This document shows positions 48,281-58,286 of a stretch of DNA of 64,000 nucleotides, one piece after another (the first letter of the stretch is position 1; each line of letters starts with the position of its first letter). The notes beneath the pieces were generated by a model. That model saw nothing but the letters and a program-made list of their open reading frames with translations. It ran no database searches and had not been told where the DNA came from. Position numbers and translations under genes: made by a program. Location: IMG/VR virus record IMGVR_UViG_3300032287_003869, positions 27,810 through 91,809 of that record; one strand, written 5' to 3'. The DNA comes from a virus.

Positions 48281-49528
48281 ATGAGTATTTTTATTCAAAT
48301 CGCGTCTTATCGTGATCCTCAGCTTCTTCCCACTTTAAGGGATTGTTTAAAAAACGCTAAAAATCCAAATGATCTTGTATTTGGAATTTGTTGGCAACAT
48401 ACTGAAAAAGACAGTCTAGAAGAGTTTTACAACGACCCTAGATTTAAAATTATAGATGTACCCCACATGGAAAGTAAAGGGGTGTGTTGGGCTAGAAATA
48501 AGGTACAACAACTCTATAATGGAGAAAAATATACTCTTCAGATCGATTCCCACATGAGATTTGCCCCGAATTGGGACGAAACGTTGATCAAAATGATCAA
48601 TCAGTTGAAGAAAAAAGGACACAAAAAACCTTTACTGACAGGATATGTTCCCTCTTTTAATCCTGAAAATGACCCCGCAGAAAGAATTCAACAACCTTGG
48701 AGAATGGTTTTTGATCGATTCATTCCAGAGGGTGCTGTATTCTTTCTCCCCGAAACAATTCCGAATTGGGAAACATTAAAATCACCTGTACCTGCAAGAT
48801 TTTATTCTGCTCACTTTTGTTTCACTCTTGGAGAATTTTCCAAAGAAGTTCAACATAATCCAGAATATTATTTCCACGGTGAAGAAATTTCAATTGCAGC
48901 TAGGGCATATACTCATGGATATGATTTATTCCACCCACATACAGCGGTCATATGGCATGAGTATACGAGAAAAGGTAGAACAAAACAATGGGATGATGAT
49001 AAGGAATGGGTCGCAAAAAACAATCATTCCCACCTCACAAATAGAAAATTATTCGGAATGGACGGATTATCCCAAGAAGGGCATGATGGACAATATGGTT
49101 TTGGAAAAGTTAGAACACTGAGGGACTATGAAGAATATTCCGGTCTACTTTTCTCAGAAAGATCCGTTCAACAATATACTCTGGATAAGAATAATCCACC
49201 AAATCCTTCAATCGAATCTTGTGGAGGAGAAGAAAATTGGAAAAAGAAATTTGCAAGAGTATTCAAACATTGCATCGATATAGGATACCATCAAGTTCCA
49301 GAAAAGGATTATGATTTTTGGGTCGTTGCGTTTCATTCTGAAGACAATGAAACAATTTACAGAAAAGATGCGGACAAGGATGAAATCCAAAGAATGATAA
49401 ATGATCCTGACAAATATTGCAAAGTATGGAGGGAATTCCAGACCACAAAGAAACCAAAATATTGGGTCGTTTGGCCGCACTCTATATCAAAAGATTGGTG
49501 CGAAAGAATTACAGGGAATTTACCATAA
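48281..49528 (+). CDS. GT60-like polypeptide GlcNAc transferase
   Basis: IFIQIASYRD, SKGVCWARN, LQIDSHMRF..NWD, FHGEEIS.AARAYTHGYD, WHEY. Confidence 0.85.
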   Translation: MSIFIQIASYRDPQLLPTLRDCLKNAKNPNDLVFGICWQHTEKDSLEEFYNDPRFKIIDVPHMESKGVCWARNKVQQLYNGEKYTLQIDSHMRFAPNWDETLIKMINQLKKKGHKKPLLTGYVPSFNPENDPAERIQQPWRMVFDRFIPEGAVFFLPETIPNWETLKSPVPARFYSAHFCFTLGEFSKEVQHNPEYYFHGEEISIAARAYTHGYDLFHPHTAVIWHEYTRKGRTKQWDDDKEWVAKNNHSHLTNRKLFGMDGLSQEGHDGQYGFGKVRTLRDYEEYSGLLFSERSVQQYTLDKNNPPNPSIESCGGEENWKKKFARVFKHCIDIGYHQVPEKDYDFWVVAFHSEDNETIYRKDADKDEIQRMINDPDKYCKVWREFQTTKKPKYWVVWPHSISKDWCERITGNLP

Positions 49529-50293
49529 GTGAAAAATAATTTCGATATAGGAATTACCACATTTTCTTTAAGATACGATTTTGTAGAAAATCTAATAAAC
49601 AAAATTAGAGAATTAGGCGTGGATAACAATATCATTCTTTGTATAAACGGAGAAAGAAACGGAAAATTCAAAGAAGAATATAGAAAAAAAATATTGAACT
49701 TATGTTTATCGCATTCAAATGTTTTTCCTGTATTTTTTGTGGAAATGAGGGGTCTTTCTAAAATGTGGAATACTTTATTGATACATTCATCAAAAGATGA
49801 TATTTTGATTCTAAACGATGATATTTCTATTTTCAATTCCAACATTTTTGATGTTGTTTCCGATCATATAGAAAGTCAGTATTATTTTGGACTATCTAAA
49901 ATAAATGGAACATTTTCTTATTTTGTAGGAAATAAAAATTTAATACAGGATTTGGGTTATTTTGACGAAAGACTTCTTGGATTTGGCGAAGAAGATGGAG
50001 ACATAACATATAGAATGATTGAAAAGAAAGACACTAACGTTTATAATCTAAACGTCCAAGGAGTCCACAACATAGTTTCCGATATAAGACATGAGGATGT
50101 GAAGTCCGGTATTGGTAAATATTCATTTTTTAATAGGGATTTTACCTTCAATCAAAAATATAATTGCAATGATGCAAAGAGCGGAATTTCTGGAATGTTT
50201 GGTATGGTTTGCGATAAGGTTATGATTGATGAAAATCAATATCCTTACGAAAAATTCTTCAGGGAAAACAAGGAAAAGTTGTGGAAAGATTGA
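49529..50293 (+). CDS. GT2-like glycosyltransferase
   Basis: GLSKMWN, ILNDD, GYFDERLLGFGEEDGD. Confidence 0.8.
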   Translation: MKNNFDIGITTFSLRYDFVENLINKIRELGVDNNIILCINGERNGKFKEEYRKKILNLCLSHSNVFPVFFVEMRGLSKMWNTLLIHSSKDDILILNDDISIFNSNIFDVVSDHIESQYYFGLSKINGTFSYFVGNKNLIQDLGYFDERLLGFGEEDGDITYRMIEKKDTNVYNLNVQGVHNIVSDIRHEDVKSGIGKYSFFNRDFTFNQKYNCNDAKSGISGMFGMVCDKVMIDENQYPYEKFFRENKEKLWKD

Positions 50294-51225
50294 AGATCAA
50301 GTTGGAATGTTGGTGGTCCGATGCACTATCACTTCATAATAGATTCATTAAACAATTTGTAGAAGAAAAAGATTCTCAGAAATATGAATTTGTATTGGAA
50401 GATCAGGATTTTACCATTGTTTTTGGTAGAACGAATTGGGATCAATTAAAAACACCAAAGGAAAAAACATTTTATATTTCCCAAGAACCATTGTGGTCGC
50501 CGAATCAACCAAAAGAAGGAATTCATGAATATTGTTCGAAGATTCTAATATCCGATAGAAACGAATATCCAAATAGAGCAGAATATATAGAAACTCTACT
50601 TCCGATGTTTTATGCTGGTAGAGGGGAGATTGACAGTAGGGAAGAGTGGGATTGGTCGTTAAAAATAAGAGATAAAAACTTTAAAAAAACAAAACCAATT
50701 TCGATTGTTGTTAGAAAGGATTATTGTAGTCACTGGAATCATCTATCAAATCCTAATACAAATACCATAAACTATATCGAAAGAACCAATCTGGGAATAG
50801 AATTATCTAAAAATGAATCAATAGATATATATGGGACATATTGGGAAAACAATGGGAAAAATATAAAAGGAGAAGTGTGGAACAAACATGTGGCATTGGA
50901 TGAATATTTCTTTTCAATTGGATGCGAAAATACCATACAAAAAAACTATATAAGTGAAAAGTTTTGGGATATAGTATTAACAGATTCCATTCCGATTTAT
51001 TTGGGCTGCAATAATATATTAGAACATATTCCGGAAAATTGTTTTATTAATTTAAATGGAATGAAAATCGAAGAAATGGTTTTGAAAATCAATGATATCT
51101 TGAATAACTATCAAGAGTACTATAATTTTTATATTCCAAATGTTAGAAATCTCAAACAAGATTTTTTTATAAATCCTGATTTTAATCTTTGGGAAAGAAT
51201 TAAAAAACTAATAAGTGAAAACTAA
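50281..51225 (+). CDS. GT10-like alpha-1,3/4-fucosyltransferase
   Basis: YFFSIGCENTIQKNYISEKFWD...IPIYLG motif. Confidence 0.85.
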   Translation: MERLKIKLECWWSDALSLHNRFIKQFVEEKDSQKYEFVLEDQDFTIVFGRTNWDQLKTPKEKTFYISQEPLWSPNQPKEGIHEYCSKILISDRNEYPNRAEYIETLLPMFYAGRGEIDSREEWDWSLKIRDKNFKKTKPISIVVRKDYCSHWNHLSNPNTNTINYIERTNLGIELSKNESIDIYGTYWENNGKNIKGEVWNKHVALDEYFFSIGCENTIQKNYISEKFWDIVLTDSIPIYLGCNNILEHIPENCFINLNGMKIEEMVLKINDILNNYQEYYNFYIPNVRNLKQDFFINPDFNLWERIKKLISEN

Positions 51226-52099
51226 AATTGTAACATCAATATATTCCGATTTACATGGAACAGAATTTGGAGGAAGACCAAGTAGAGGAGGTCATTATAG
51301 ACATTCTTTATTGAGTCTTATGAAAATGTCTGATGCTGATTTTGTTTGTTATACTTCCGACAGAGAATTCGATGATTTGGTTAAATTTTTTTATTTGGAA
51401 AATAATGTAGATAAGAACAAATTAATCTTAAAAAAATACGATATTTCCAATTTTTCATTAAGTGCGAAAATAGACAAAATAAAAAACATAGAAGAGACAA
51501 AACACTCTGATCGTTGTGTGGAAATTCAATATTGCAAATTCATATGGTCTATAGATGAATCGGATATTGCTAATTATGACAATCTTTACTGGTTTGACGC
51601 TGGATTATCACATGCTGGTCTCTTTCCAAGAAGATACATGAATCAAAGCGGATATTGGCAACAGAATTATCATTGCACTCTATTCAATAATAAAATTCTA
51701 TCGAATCTTATAACATTTACTGGTGACAGGATTTTCCTTTGTGCAAAGGAAAACCAAATGAATTATTGGAGCGGAACAGTTCCAAGAGAATACTACAATG
51801 AACATTGCATGGATCGACACATAATTGGTGGTTTTTTTGGGGGGAAAACACAAAATATGAAAAAATACTGTGATCTTTTCTTGGAATATGCTCACAAATT
51901 GTTAGATAAAGAGCCTATATTATATTTTGAAGAGAATATAATGACTCTCATGTTTTACAATCACAATGAAATGTTTGCTCCAAAGTATTTTGATATTTGG
52001 TGGCATGAGGATGATAAAATGGATGGTCTTGATTTACACGAATATACCAAAACTAGGAAGAGTTTTTACAAAATCATCGAGGAATTGAGAGATGCCTAG
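51215..52099 (+). CDS. HtrL/WlaTC-like glycosyltransferase
   Basis: YWFDAGL, IIGGFFGG, EENIMT. Confidence 0.7.
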   Translation: MKTKIVTSIYSDLHGTEFGGRPSRGGHYRHSLLSLMKMSDADFVCYTSDREFDDLVKFFYLENNVDKNKLILKKYDISNFSLSAKIDKIKNIEETKHSDRCVEIQYCKFIWSIDESDIANYDNLYWFDAGLSHAGLFPRRYMNQSGYWQQNYHCTLFNNKILSNLITFTGDRIFLCAKENQMNYWSGTVPREYYNEHCMDRHIIGGFFGGKTQNMKKYCDLFLEYAHKLLDKEPILYFEENIMTLMFYNHNEMFAPKYFDIWWHEDDKMDGLDLHEYTKTRKSFYKIIEELRDA

Positions 52100-52805
52100 C
52101 CTATCAATTAACATGAAATTTTGGGATGATGGTCAACCTAATTCCACAAGAATTAGAAATGTTTCTTATTGTTGGAATGAGTTGAAAAAGCTATCTTTAT
52201 TTTTAAGAGAGAAAGGAATCGGTGCATTTGAGTCTCTTTATGATTTTTCCGTTGAGAAAATAATAGATGACTCAAAACACATCCCATATCCTTTGGGAAC
52301 ATATAAAAAAGCAGAAAAAACTAATATTATTCTAAAAGATCAACAGAAATATGATTTTTTTATGATGATGGATTGTGATGCTTTCTTTCAGAAAGAAGAT
52401 TATTCCAAGCTATTGAATGTTTTATTGGACATAAAAAAGGGAGATGTTGTAACTTTCGACCTTGCAAAGTTGGAAGATAATGTTTCCGATTATATTGTCG
52501 ATGGGGAATTTGATATTTCCAAAGCAAATTGGTCTTATGCGTATTCTGGAAAAAGAGAAAACGGTCCATTAAATGGATATATGGGTGGGCTTGGAGGGGT
52601 ATATATCTGCGATACCTCTTTGTTATTGGAACTTGGGGGATTTGATGAAAAATATAAAGGATGGGGAGGAGAAGATGGTGAAATGTTAAGTAGAATATGG
52701 GAATCTAAAATTCCACATGCATTCAAACCAACAAGAAATTTTGCACCATTTCACTTGCCCCATTTTTGCGATTGGGGAAATGAATTATACAAAGAGAGAT
52801 TTTAA
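52092..52805 (+). CDS. GT-A glycosyltransferase with GT7-C-like motif
   Basis: MMDCDAF, GGFDEKYKGWGGEDGE, FHLPH. Confidence 0.8.
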   Translation: MPSLSINMKFWDDGQPNSTRIRNVSYCWNELKKLSLFLREKGIGAFESLYDFSVEKIIDDSKHIPYPLGTYKKAEKTNIILKDQQKYDFFMMMDCDAFFQKEDYSKLLNVLLDIKKGDVVTFDLAKLEDNVSDYIVDGEFDISKANWSYAYSGKRENGPLNGYMGGLGGVYICDTSLLLELGGFDEKYKGWGGEDGEMLSRIWESKIPHAFKPTRNFAPFHLPHFCDWGNELYKERF

Positions 52806-52807
52806 AA

Positions 52808-54469
52808 ATGAATAGAACAACATTAGTTACAGGTCTTTGGGACATTAAAAGAGGAGAATTATCTGGAAATTGGTCTAGAAGTTATGATCATTACTTGAAT
52901 AAATTTGAACAACTTTTAAAATTAGAAGATAATTTGATAATTTTTGGGGACGAAGAACTAAAGAAATTTGTGGAAGAAAGAAGAAGTTCGGAAAACACGC
53001 AATTTATTGTTAGAAATTTGGATTGGTTCAAAAACAATGAATTTTACGACAACATTCAAAAAATAAGAACAAATCCAAATTGGATCAATCAAGTCGGATG
53101 GTTGGGTGAATCGACACAAGCCAAATTGGAAATGTATAATCCTCTAGTGATGTGCAAAATGTTCTTGTTACATGATGCAAAGATCATGGATCGTTTTAAT
53201 TCGAAGTTTATGTATTGGATTGATGCTGGATTGGCAAACACGGTACATGCTGGATATTTTACACATGATAAGGTTTTAGATAAATTGGAAAAAGAAATTT
53301 CAAAATTCTTTTTTGTTTCATTTCCATATGCGGCTGAAAAAGAAATCCATGGTTTTGATTATAATAAAATAAATGAAATAGCAGGATGTAAAGTCGAAAA
53401 GGTATCTAGAGGAGGATTCTTTGGTGGACCGAAAGATGAAATATCCGAGATGAATCAGATTTATTATGATTTGATGAAAACCACATTGAATGATGGATAT
53501 ATGGGAACAGAGGAGTCTATATTCAGCATAATGGCCCACAAATATCCGAATAAGGTTGATTCCTTTACAATAGAATCAAACGGATTGATGGGCAAGTTCT
53601 TTGAAGATGTTAAAAATAATAATTTACCAATTGATGAGAAGAGAAAACAAGAACTAAACATCCAAAATACCGCACTTTATGTAATAACATTCAATAGCCC
53701 TAAACAATTTGAAACACTTATTGAGTCGATGCTTTCTTATGATAGGGATTTTATAGATAAACCTAAGAAGTTTTTACTAGATAATTCATCCGATTTATCA
53801 ACAACGCCAAAATATGTGGAATTGTGTGAGAAATATGGATTTGAACACATAAAGAAAGATAATTTGGGAATTTGTGGGGGGAGGCAGTTTATAGCAGAAC
53901 ATTTTGATCAAACCAATTTGGATTTCTATTTCTTTTTTGAGGATGATATGTTTTTAAATCCAAATAAAGAACAAAAATGTAAAAATGGATTTCCAGTTTA
54001 TGTGGAAAGTCTATATGAAAAATCTTTGAAAATTACAAAAGATAACAATTATGATTTCTTGAAACTTTCTTTTACTGAATTTTATGGGGATAATGGTACT
54101 TCTTGGCCATGGTATAACGTGCCGCAGAACTTTAGAATACAAAATTGGCCAGAGAAACCAAACCTTCCTAAAATGGGACTCGATCCAGATGCACCAAAGA
54201 CAAAATTCAAAAACATCAAATCATTTAAAGGGTTGCCTTATGTGGATGGGGAAGTGTATTATTGTAATTGGCCGCAAGTTTTATCGAAACATGGAAATGT
54301 TAAAATGTTTTTGGAAACAAAATGGGAGCGAATTTTTGAAAACACTTGGATGTCATACATTTACCAAGAAACTATCAAAGGAAAAATTAATCCAGCATTG
54401 TTGTTATTGACGACTATTTCTCACAATCGTTTTGATCACTACGCTTCAGGATTGAGAAAAGAAAGTTAA
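52808..54469 (+). CDS. Two-domain glycosyltransferase: HtrL/WlaTC-like plus GT2-like
   Basis: TLVTGLWDI, YWIDAG, GGFFGG, TEESIF; then LDNSSD, NLGICGGRQ, FFEDDM. Confidence 0.75.
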   Translation: MNRTTLVTGLWDIKRGELSGNWSRSYDHYLNKFEQLLKLEDNLIIFGDEELKKFVEERRSSENTQFIVRNLDWFKNNEFYDNIQKIRTNPNWINQVGWLGESTQAKLEMYNPLVMCKMFLLHDAKIMDRFNSKFMYWIDAGLANTVHAGYFTHDKVLDKLEKEISKFFFVSFPYAAEKEIHGFDYNKINEIAGCKVEKVSRGGFFGGPKDEISEMNQIYYDLMKTTLNDGYMGTEESIFSIMAHKYPNKVDSFTIESNGLMGKFFEDVKNNNLPIDEKRKQELNIQNTALYVITFNSPKQFETLIESMLSYDRDFIDKPKKFLLDNSSDLSTTPKYVELCEKYGFEHIKKDNLGICGGRQFIAEHFDQTNLDFYFFFEDDMFLNPNKEQKCKNGFPVYVESLYEKSLKITKDNNYDFLKLSFTEFYGDNGTSWPWYNVPQNFRIQNWPEKPNLPKMGLDPDAPKTKFKNIKSFKGLPYVDGEVYYCNWPQVLSKHGNVKMFLETKWERIFENTWMSYIYQETIKGKINPALLLLTTISHNRFDHYASGLRKES

Positions 54470-54470
54470 A

Positions 54471-55958
54471 TCACACAATTGGCGGATTGTTTTTATAGGG
54501 ATGTCCTATTGGTAAATTAGATGCAAGTCCCCATTTGTGGGCAAGATAACCTTCAATTTTAACTTGAACATCTCCACTAGGAACGCCTTCAATAACAATA
54601 AATTCACACATATGACCGTTAAGTGAAGTTGTAAGGTTGCTTGGCCATGCGAGCCAATTTCCCATTGTCATACCATATAATGTTTCCACTCCAAGTGTTC
54701 CGCTTACAACGTTTGATAGAGTGGATGAAAAGCTTCTATAACAAGATCCATCTACAACATCAGGTTGTTTAATGAATGTTATAATAAATGGATCGGTTCC
54801 AACATTAACACTTCCACCATAATTTTCAATGGAACCATCGCCCTCATCAATATCTCTTGTTAATACTTGAATTATTTCATTAGATGTTCCACTTATTCTG
54901 GAGGAGTATCTATTTAAAACTGGAGGTTGATTGTATACATCAGAATCGAAAAGATGTTGGGTTTTATTTGTTGCCGTTAATTGAGCGACAATTGCGACAT
55001 AATTGGAATTAGATGGTTGGAAGTCAGAGTTTGAAATTCTCAATACATCTCCTTCGCTTCCAAATGTCAATACATTATTTCCATTTATTGTTGTTACATT
55101 ATACGATGGGTCATTAGAAGAATTAGGAGATACTAAATTTCTACTGTTTCCGCTTTTATCATTGACTTGATATACGGAGTTGTTTGTTTGTAAAACTCTT
55201 GAGGAATCAGATGCATCATACCAAGCATATGTTGTTATGTATGATGGGTTCCAAGGATATACAGTGGTTGGTGTCGGTGTAGGTGTTTCTGTCGAAGTAA
55301 TAGTTGGAGTAATACTTGGAGTTGGCGTATTTGTCAGAGTTAATGTATTTGTTGGTGTATTTGTCGGGGTTTCAGTTGGGGTTGGTGTTTGTGTATTTGT
55401 TGGTGTATTTGTTGGGGTTTCAGTTGGAGTTGGTGTTTGAGTATTAGTTGGCGTTTGCGTATTTGTTGGTGTATTTGTAGGGGTTAGGGTGTTTGTGATT
55501 GTCGGGGTATTAGTTGGAGTATTTGTAGGTGTTGGTGTATTGGTTGGAGAACTTGTTGGGGCGGGTTCAACACACCCACAACACTCAAAACCGCTGGAAA
55601 TTGAAAAATACGTGAATCTTTTAATTTCTGATGCTTTTTTATACCCCGCACCATTGAAATAAAGAATATCATAATTTCCTTTTGGGAGATTATCTGGCAT
55701 TTTGAATTGTAAAACAGTTCCACCATTCAAGACATCGTATTCATATACAGGAAAAACATCCACAGCGGGATATCTTCCGCTTATGGATTTTATGTGGGAA
55801 TATAAATTAAGAGAACTTGTGGGTATTGTTGTATTGGAGGATGAAAGATATAAACCATTCAATGTTACATACTGAAACATATCACCATGAATTGTCACAA
55901 TTGCGGATGATAAATTTTGAGTGTCTAACTTGAATGTTGGTTTGGAATAATCCTTCAC
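54471..55958 (-). CDS. Virion fibre-like protein with a mucin-like Pro/Thr stalk and a C-terminal ConA/LamG-like domain
   Basis: About 100 aa of TPT/TPTN repeats; WYDASD...DKSGN..., [12 protein letters not shown]; start reassigned to GTG 55958, 5 nt after TAAATA. Confidence 0.75.
   Translation of the reverse strand: MKDYSKPTFKLDTQNLSSAIVTIHGDMFQYVTLNGLYLSSSNTTIPTSSLNLYSHIKSISGRYPAVDVFPVYEYDVLNGGTVLQFKMPDNLPKGNYDILYFNGAGYKKASEIKRFTYFSISSGFECCGCVEPAPTSSPTNTPTPTNTPTNTPTITNTLTPTNTPTNTQTPTNTQTPTPTETPTNTPTNTQTPTPTETPTNTPTNTLTLTNTPTPSITPTITSTETPTPTPTTVYPWNPSYITTYAWYDASDSSRVLQTNNSVYQVNDKSGNSRNLVSPNSSNDPSYNVTTINGNNVLTFGSEGDVLRISNSDFQPSNSNYVAIVAQLTATNKTQHLFDSDVYNQPPVLNRYSSRISGTSNEIIQVLTRDIDEGDGSIENYGGSVNVGTDPFIITFIKQPDVVDGSCYRSFSSTLSNVVSGTLGVETLYGMTMGNWLAWPSNLTTSLNGHMCEFIVIEGVPSGDVQVKIEGYLAHKWGLASNLPIGHPYKNNPPIV
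55263..55565 (-). repeat. Pro/Thr coding tandem repeats, including a duplicated 16-aa unit [15 protein letters not shown](Q/L)
   Basis: Direct sequence. Confidence 0.9.
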
Positions 55959-56014
55959 TGTAGTATTTAGATTTTTTTCAAAAAAATTGCAACTTCGGAT
56001 ATAAATAAAATTAT

Positions 56015-56734
56015 ATGGCAATTAATTTTGACAGTTTTTCGGATAAATCCTCTTTTTCTTTAACTGATAAAATAGTGGGATTTGATTCAGCAAGTCCAAA
56101 TGGAGAAAAAAAATGGACGTATAGCACTCTTTTAAAAAGTGTAAGTGGAGATATAACTATTGTTAAAATTCAAGATACAGCGCCGACTTCACCCAAAAGA
56201 GGAGATCTTTGGTTGGATTCTACCTCTGGTGTAACATATGTTTATTACGTTGATGCGAATTCCTCTCAATGGATTGATATTGGGGGTGGAGATTCTGCGA
56301 CAGAACTAAATGTTGTCGATTCACCAACTATAAATTTAAATTACAATACTACAACAAAGGTTTTAAGTGCTGATGTCATTGAAAATTATGTAACTACGGC
56401 TTCATTGAGTGCTTCTCCAATGGCTGCTAAAGCATGGGTGAATTTTAATGGCACCAACAGCACAACTCTTTCAGGGATTCGTTCCAGTTACAATGTTTCT
56501 AGTATTACAAGAAATGGAAACGGAGATTATACTGTGAATTTTGCAAACGGTACTTTTTCTAACACAAACTATACAGTTATCGCGTTCGGAGAACCATCAA
56601 ATGGAAGTAATTTAACTATACCAGTCGGAAGCAATACATTAAATGCAAGAACTGATTCATCAATAAGAATAGTTTTTTATGATAGTAATGCAGGTGTTCA
56701 AAATCCGTTATATGCAAACATTGTAGCTTTTTAA
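56015..56734 (+). CDS. Tail fibre-like protein (cassette 1)
   Basis: AKAWVNFNG...[19 protein letters not shown] tip domain; N-terminus shared with 60384. Confidence 0.75.
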   Translation: MAINFDSFSDKSSFSLTDKIVGFDSASPNGEKKWTYSTLLKSVSGDITIVKIQDTAPTSPKRGDLWLDSTSGVTYVYYVDANSSQWIDIGGGDSATELNVVDSPTINLNYNTTTKVLSADVIENYVTTASLSASPMAAKAWVNFNGTNSTTLSGIRSSYNVSSITRNGNGDYTVNFANGTFSNTNYTVIAFGEPSNGSNLTIPVGSNTLNARTDSSIRIVFYDSNAGVQNPLYANIVAF

Positions 56735-56741
56735 TAACACC

Positions 56742-57167
56742 ATGAGCTTTATAACTTACCCTCAAGAAAATAATAAATTAGCAGTCATCATCCCTACTGG
56801 AGATGTTAACAACTCAATCAAAGATGTTCCAGCAGGAGTAGAATACAAGATTGTCGCTTCTTTAGAAATCGACAATGATTTCTTTAACGGATACGAGTTT
56901 GATAAGGAATTAGGAGCCAAATTAAATGTCAGCAAAGCAAAAGAAATTTGGTTAAACTACTACAGAACCGCAAGAACTCCTCTTTTAGCTGCTCTTGATG
57001 TAGACTTTATGAGAGCCGTTGAAAGCGGCGACATAGATCTACAAAAAGAAATTGCTTCTAAGAAACAAGCTCTTCGAGATGTTACTAAAGTAGAACTTCC
57101 AAACACTCTAGAAGAAATTAAAAATACTTGGCCAGAAATTCTTGGGAAGAATCCTTTTAATAAATAA
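56742..57167 (+). CDS. Tail fibre assembly chaperone-like protein
   Basis: RTARTPLLAALDVDFMRA...KQALRDVT...WP. Confidence 0.75.
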   Translation: MSFITYPQENNKLAVIIPTGDVNNSIKDVPAGVEYKIVASLEIDNDFFNGYEFDKELGAKLNVSKAKEIWLNYYRTARTPLLAALDVDFMRAVESGDIDLQKEIASKKQALRDVTKVELPNTLEEIKNTWPEILGKNPFNK

Positions 57168-57173
57168 AAACAT

Positions 57174-57719
57174 ATGGCACTCGATTTTCCAAATTCACCA
57201 ACAAACGGACAAGTATTCACATCAGGAACAAAAAAATGGACTTGGGATGGTTCTTATTGGAATGCTTCTAATATTACACCAAATGCTACAACTACAACAG
57301 ATGGCTCAATGAGTTCCACAGATAAAACAAGACTCGATGATGCTTCTGCAACAAATGGTATTGTAAAGTGTAATGGTTCTGGAGACTTTTCTGCTGCTGT
57401 TGCTGGAACTGATTATTTGACTTCTGCAACTTTGGGAAGTTCTCCTGCTGCTGCTAAGGCTTGGGCGACATATAATGGTGTATCAAACTCTTTATTAAAA
57501 AATTATGGAGTATTGAGCGTAACAAGAACAAGCACAGGAAGATATACCTTTACGTATGATTCAGCTTTTTCGTCAACTAACTACTGTGCTATAGCAGCTG
57601 GTAATGATCATAATATAGAAATAAATAGCGTATCTACAAATTCTCTTGGTGTGGAGTTAAATCCTGGCGGATCACCTGCTAATACATCTTATGTAAATAT
57701 AATAGTGTTCGATTCTTAA
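57174..57719 (+). CDS. Tail fibre-like protein (cassette 2)
   Basis: MALDFPNSPTNGQ...WTWDG N-terminus; AKAWATYNG...GRYTFTY tip domain paralogous to 56015. Confidence 0.75.
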   Translation: MALDFPNSPTNGQVFTSGTKKWTWDGSYWNASNITPNATTTTDGSMSSTDKTRLDDASATNGIVKCNGSGDFSAAVAGTDYLTSATLGSSPAAAKAWATYNGVSNSLLKNYGVLSVTRTSTGRYTFTYDSAFSSTNYCAIAAGNDHNIEINSVSTNSLGVELNPGGSPANTSYVNIIVFDS

Positions 57720-57723
57720 TAAC

Positions 57724-58179
57724 ATGAAAAAAATAATTTATACAGATAAAGAAACAAACAATTTTTGTTTAGTGACCCCTTCCAACAAATACATTGATAA
57801 TTTAGAGTTTGTAGCTGAAAGATCTATTCCAAAAGATTGTGAATATTTTATAATAGACGATCAAGACCTTCCAAAAAATTCAGAGTTTTTTGATGCTTTT
57901 TGTATACAAAAAACTACTGAAGGTGTTTCTGTAGTAGTTGATATTCCAAAAGCAAAAGAAATTTGGGTAAATCATTATAGAACAGCAAGAACTCCTCTTC
58001 TAGCCGCTCTTGACGTAGATTTTATGAGAGCTGTTGAAAGTGTAAATACTGATCTACAAAAAGAAATTGCTCAAAAGAAACAAGCTCTTCGAGATGTTAC
58101 AAAAACAGAACTTCCAGATGATCTAGAAGGTATTAAAACCACTTGGCCTGAAATTCTTGGACAAAATCCTTTCGCATAA
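57724..58179 (+). CDS. Tail fibre assembly chaperone-like protein (paralog of 56742)
   Basis: C-terminal ~75 aa highly similar to 56742. Confidence 0.75.
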   Translation: MKKIIYTDKETNNFCLVTPSNKYIDNLEFVAERSIPKDCEYFIIDDQDLPKNSEFFDAFCIQKTTEGVSVVVDIPKAKEIWVNHYRTARTPLLAALDVDFMRAVESVNTDLQKEIAQKKQALRDVTKTELPDDLEGIKTTWPEILGQNPFA

Positions 58180-58239
58180 TTCTTCACTTTTGAATCCCCT
58201 TTCTAAATAATTCTGTGAATTTTAATGATACAGAATTTT
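58176..58239 (+). repeat. 64-bp direct repeat, copy 1 (late promoter plus a relic 5' end of the 62017 gene)
   Basis: 60/64 identical to 61978-62041. Confidence 0.92.
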
Positions 58240-58286
58240 CACCAAATTGAGTTATTGTTCCAAAGCATTAAATAATTTGGTAATTC

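Noticed and set aside
55180-55440. Val/Gly-rich plus-strand ORF
   Set aside because: It is the antisense shadow of the Pro/Thr repeat.
55263-55565. CRISPR-like array
   Set aside because: These are in-frame coding repeats with no unique spacers.
55959-56021. TTG start making the 54471 gene overlap the 56015 gene
   Set aside because: This segment holds two divergent TAAATA motifs; GTG 55958 fits the 5-nt spacing pattern.
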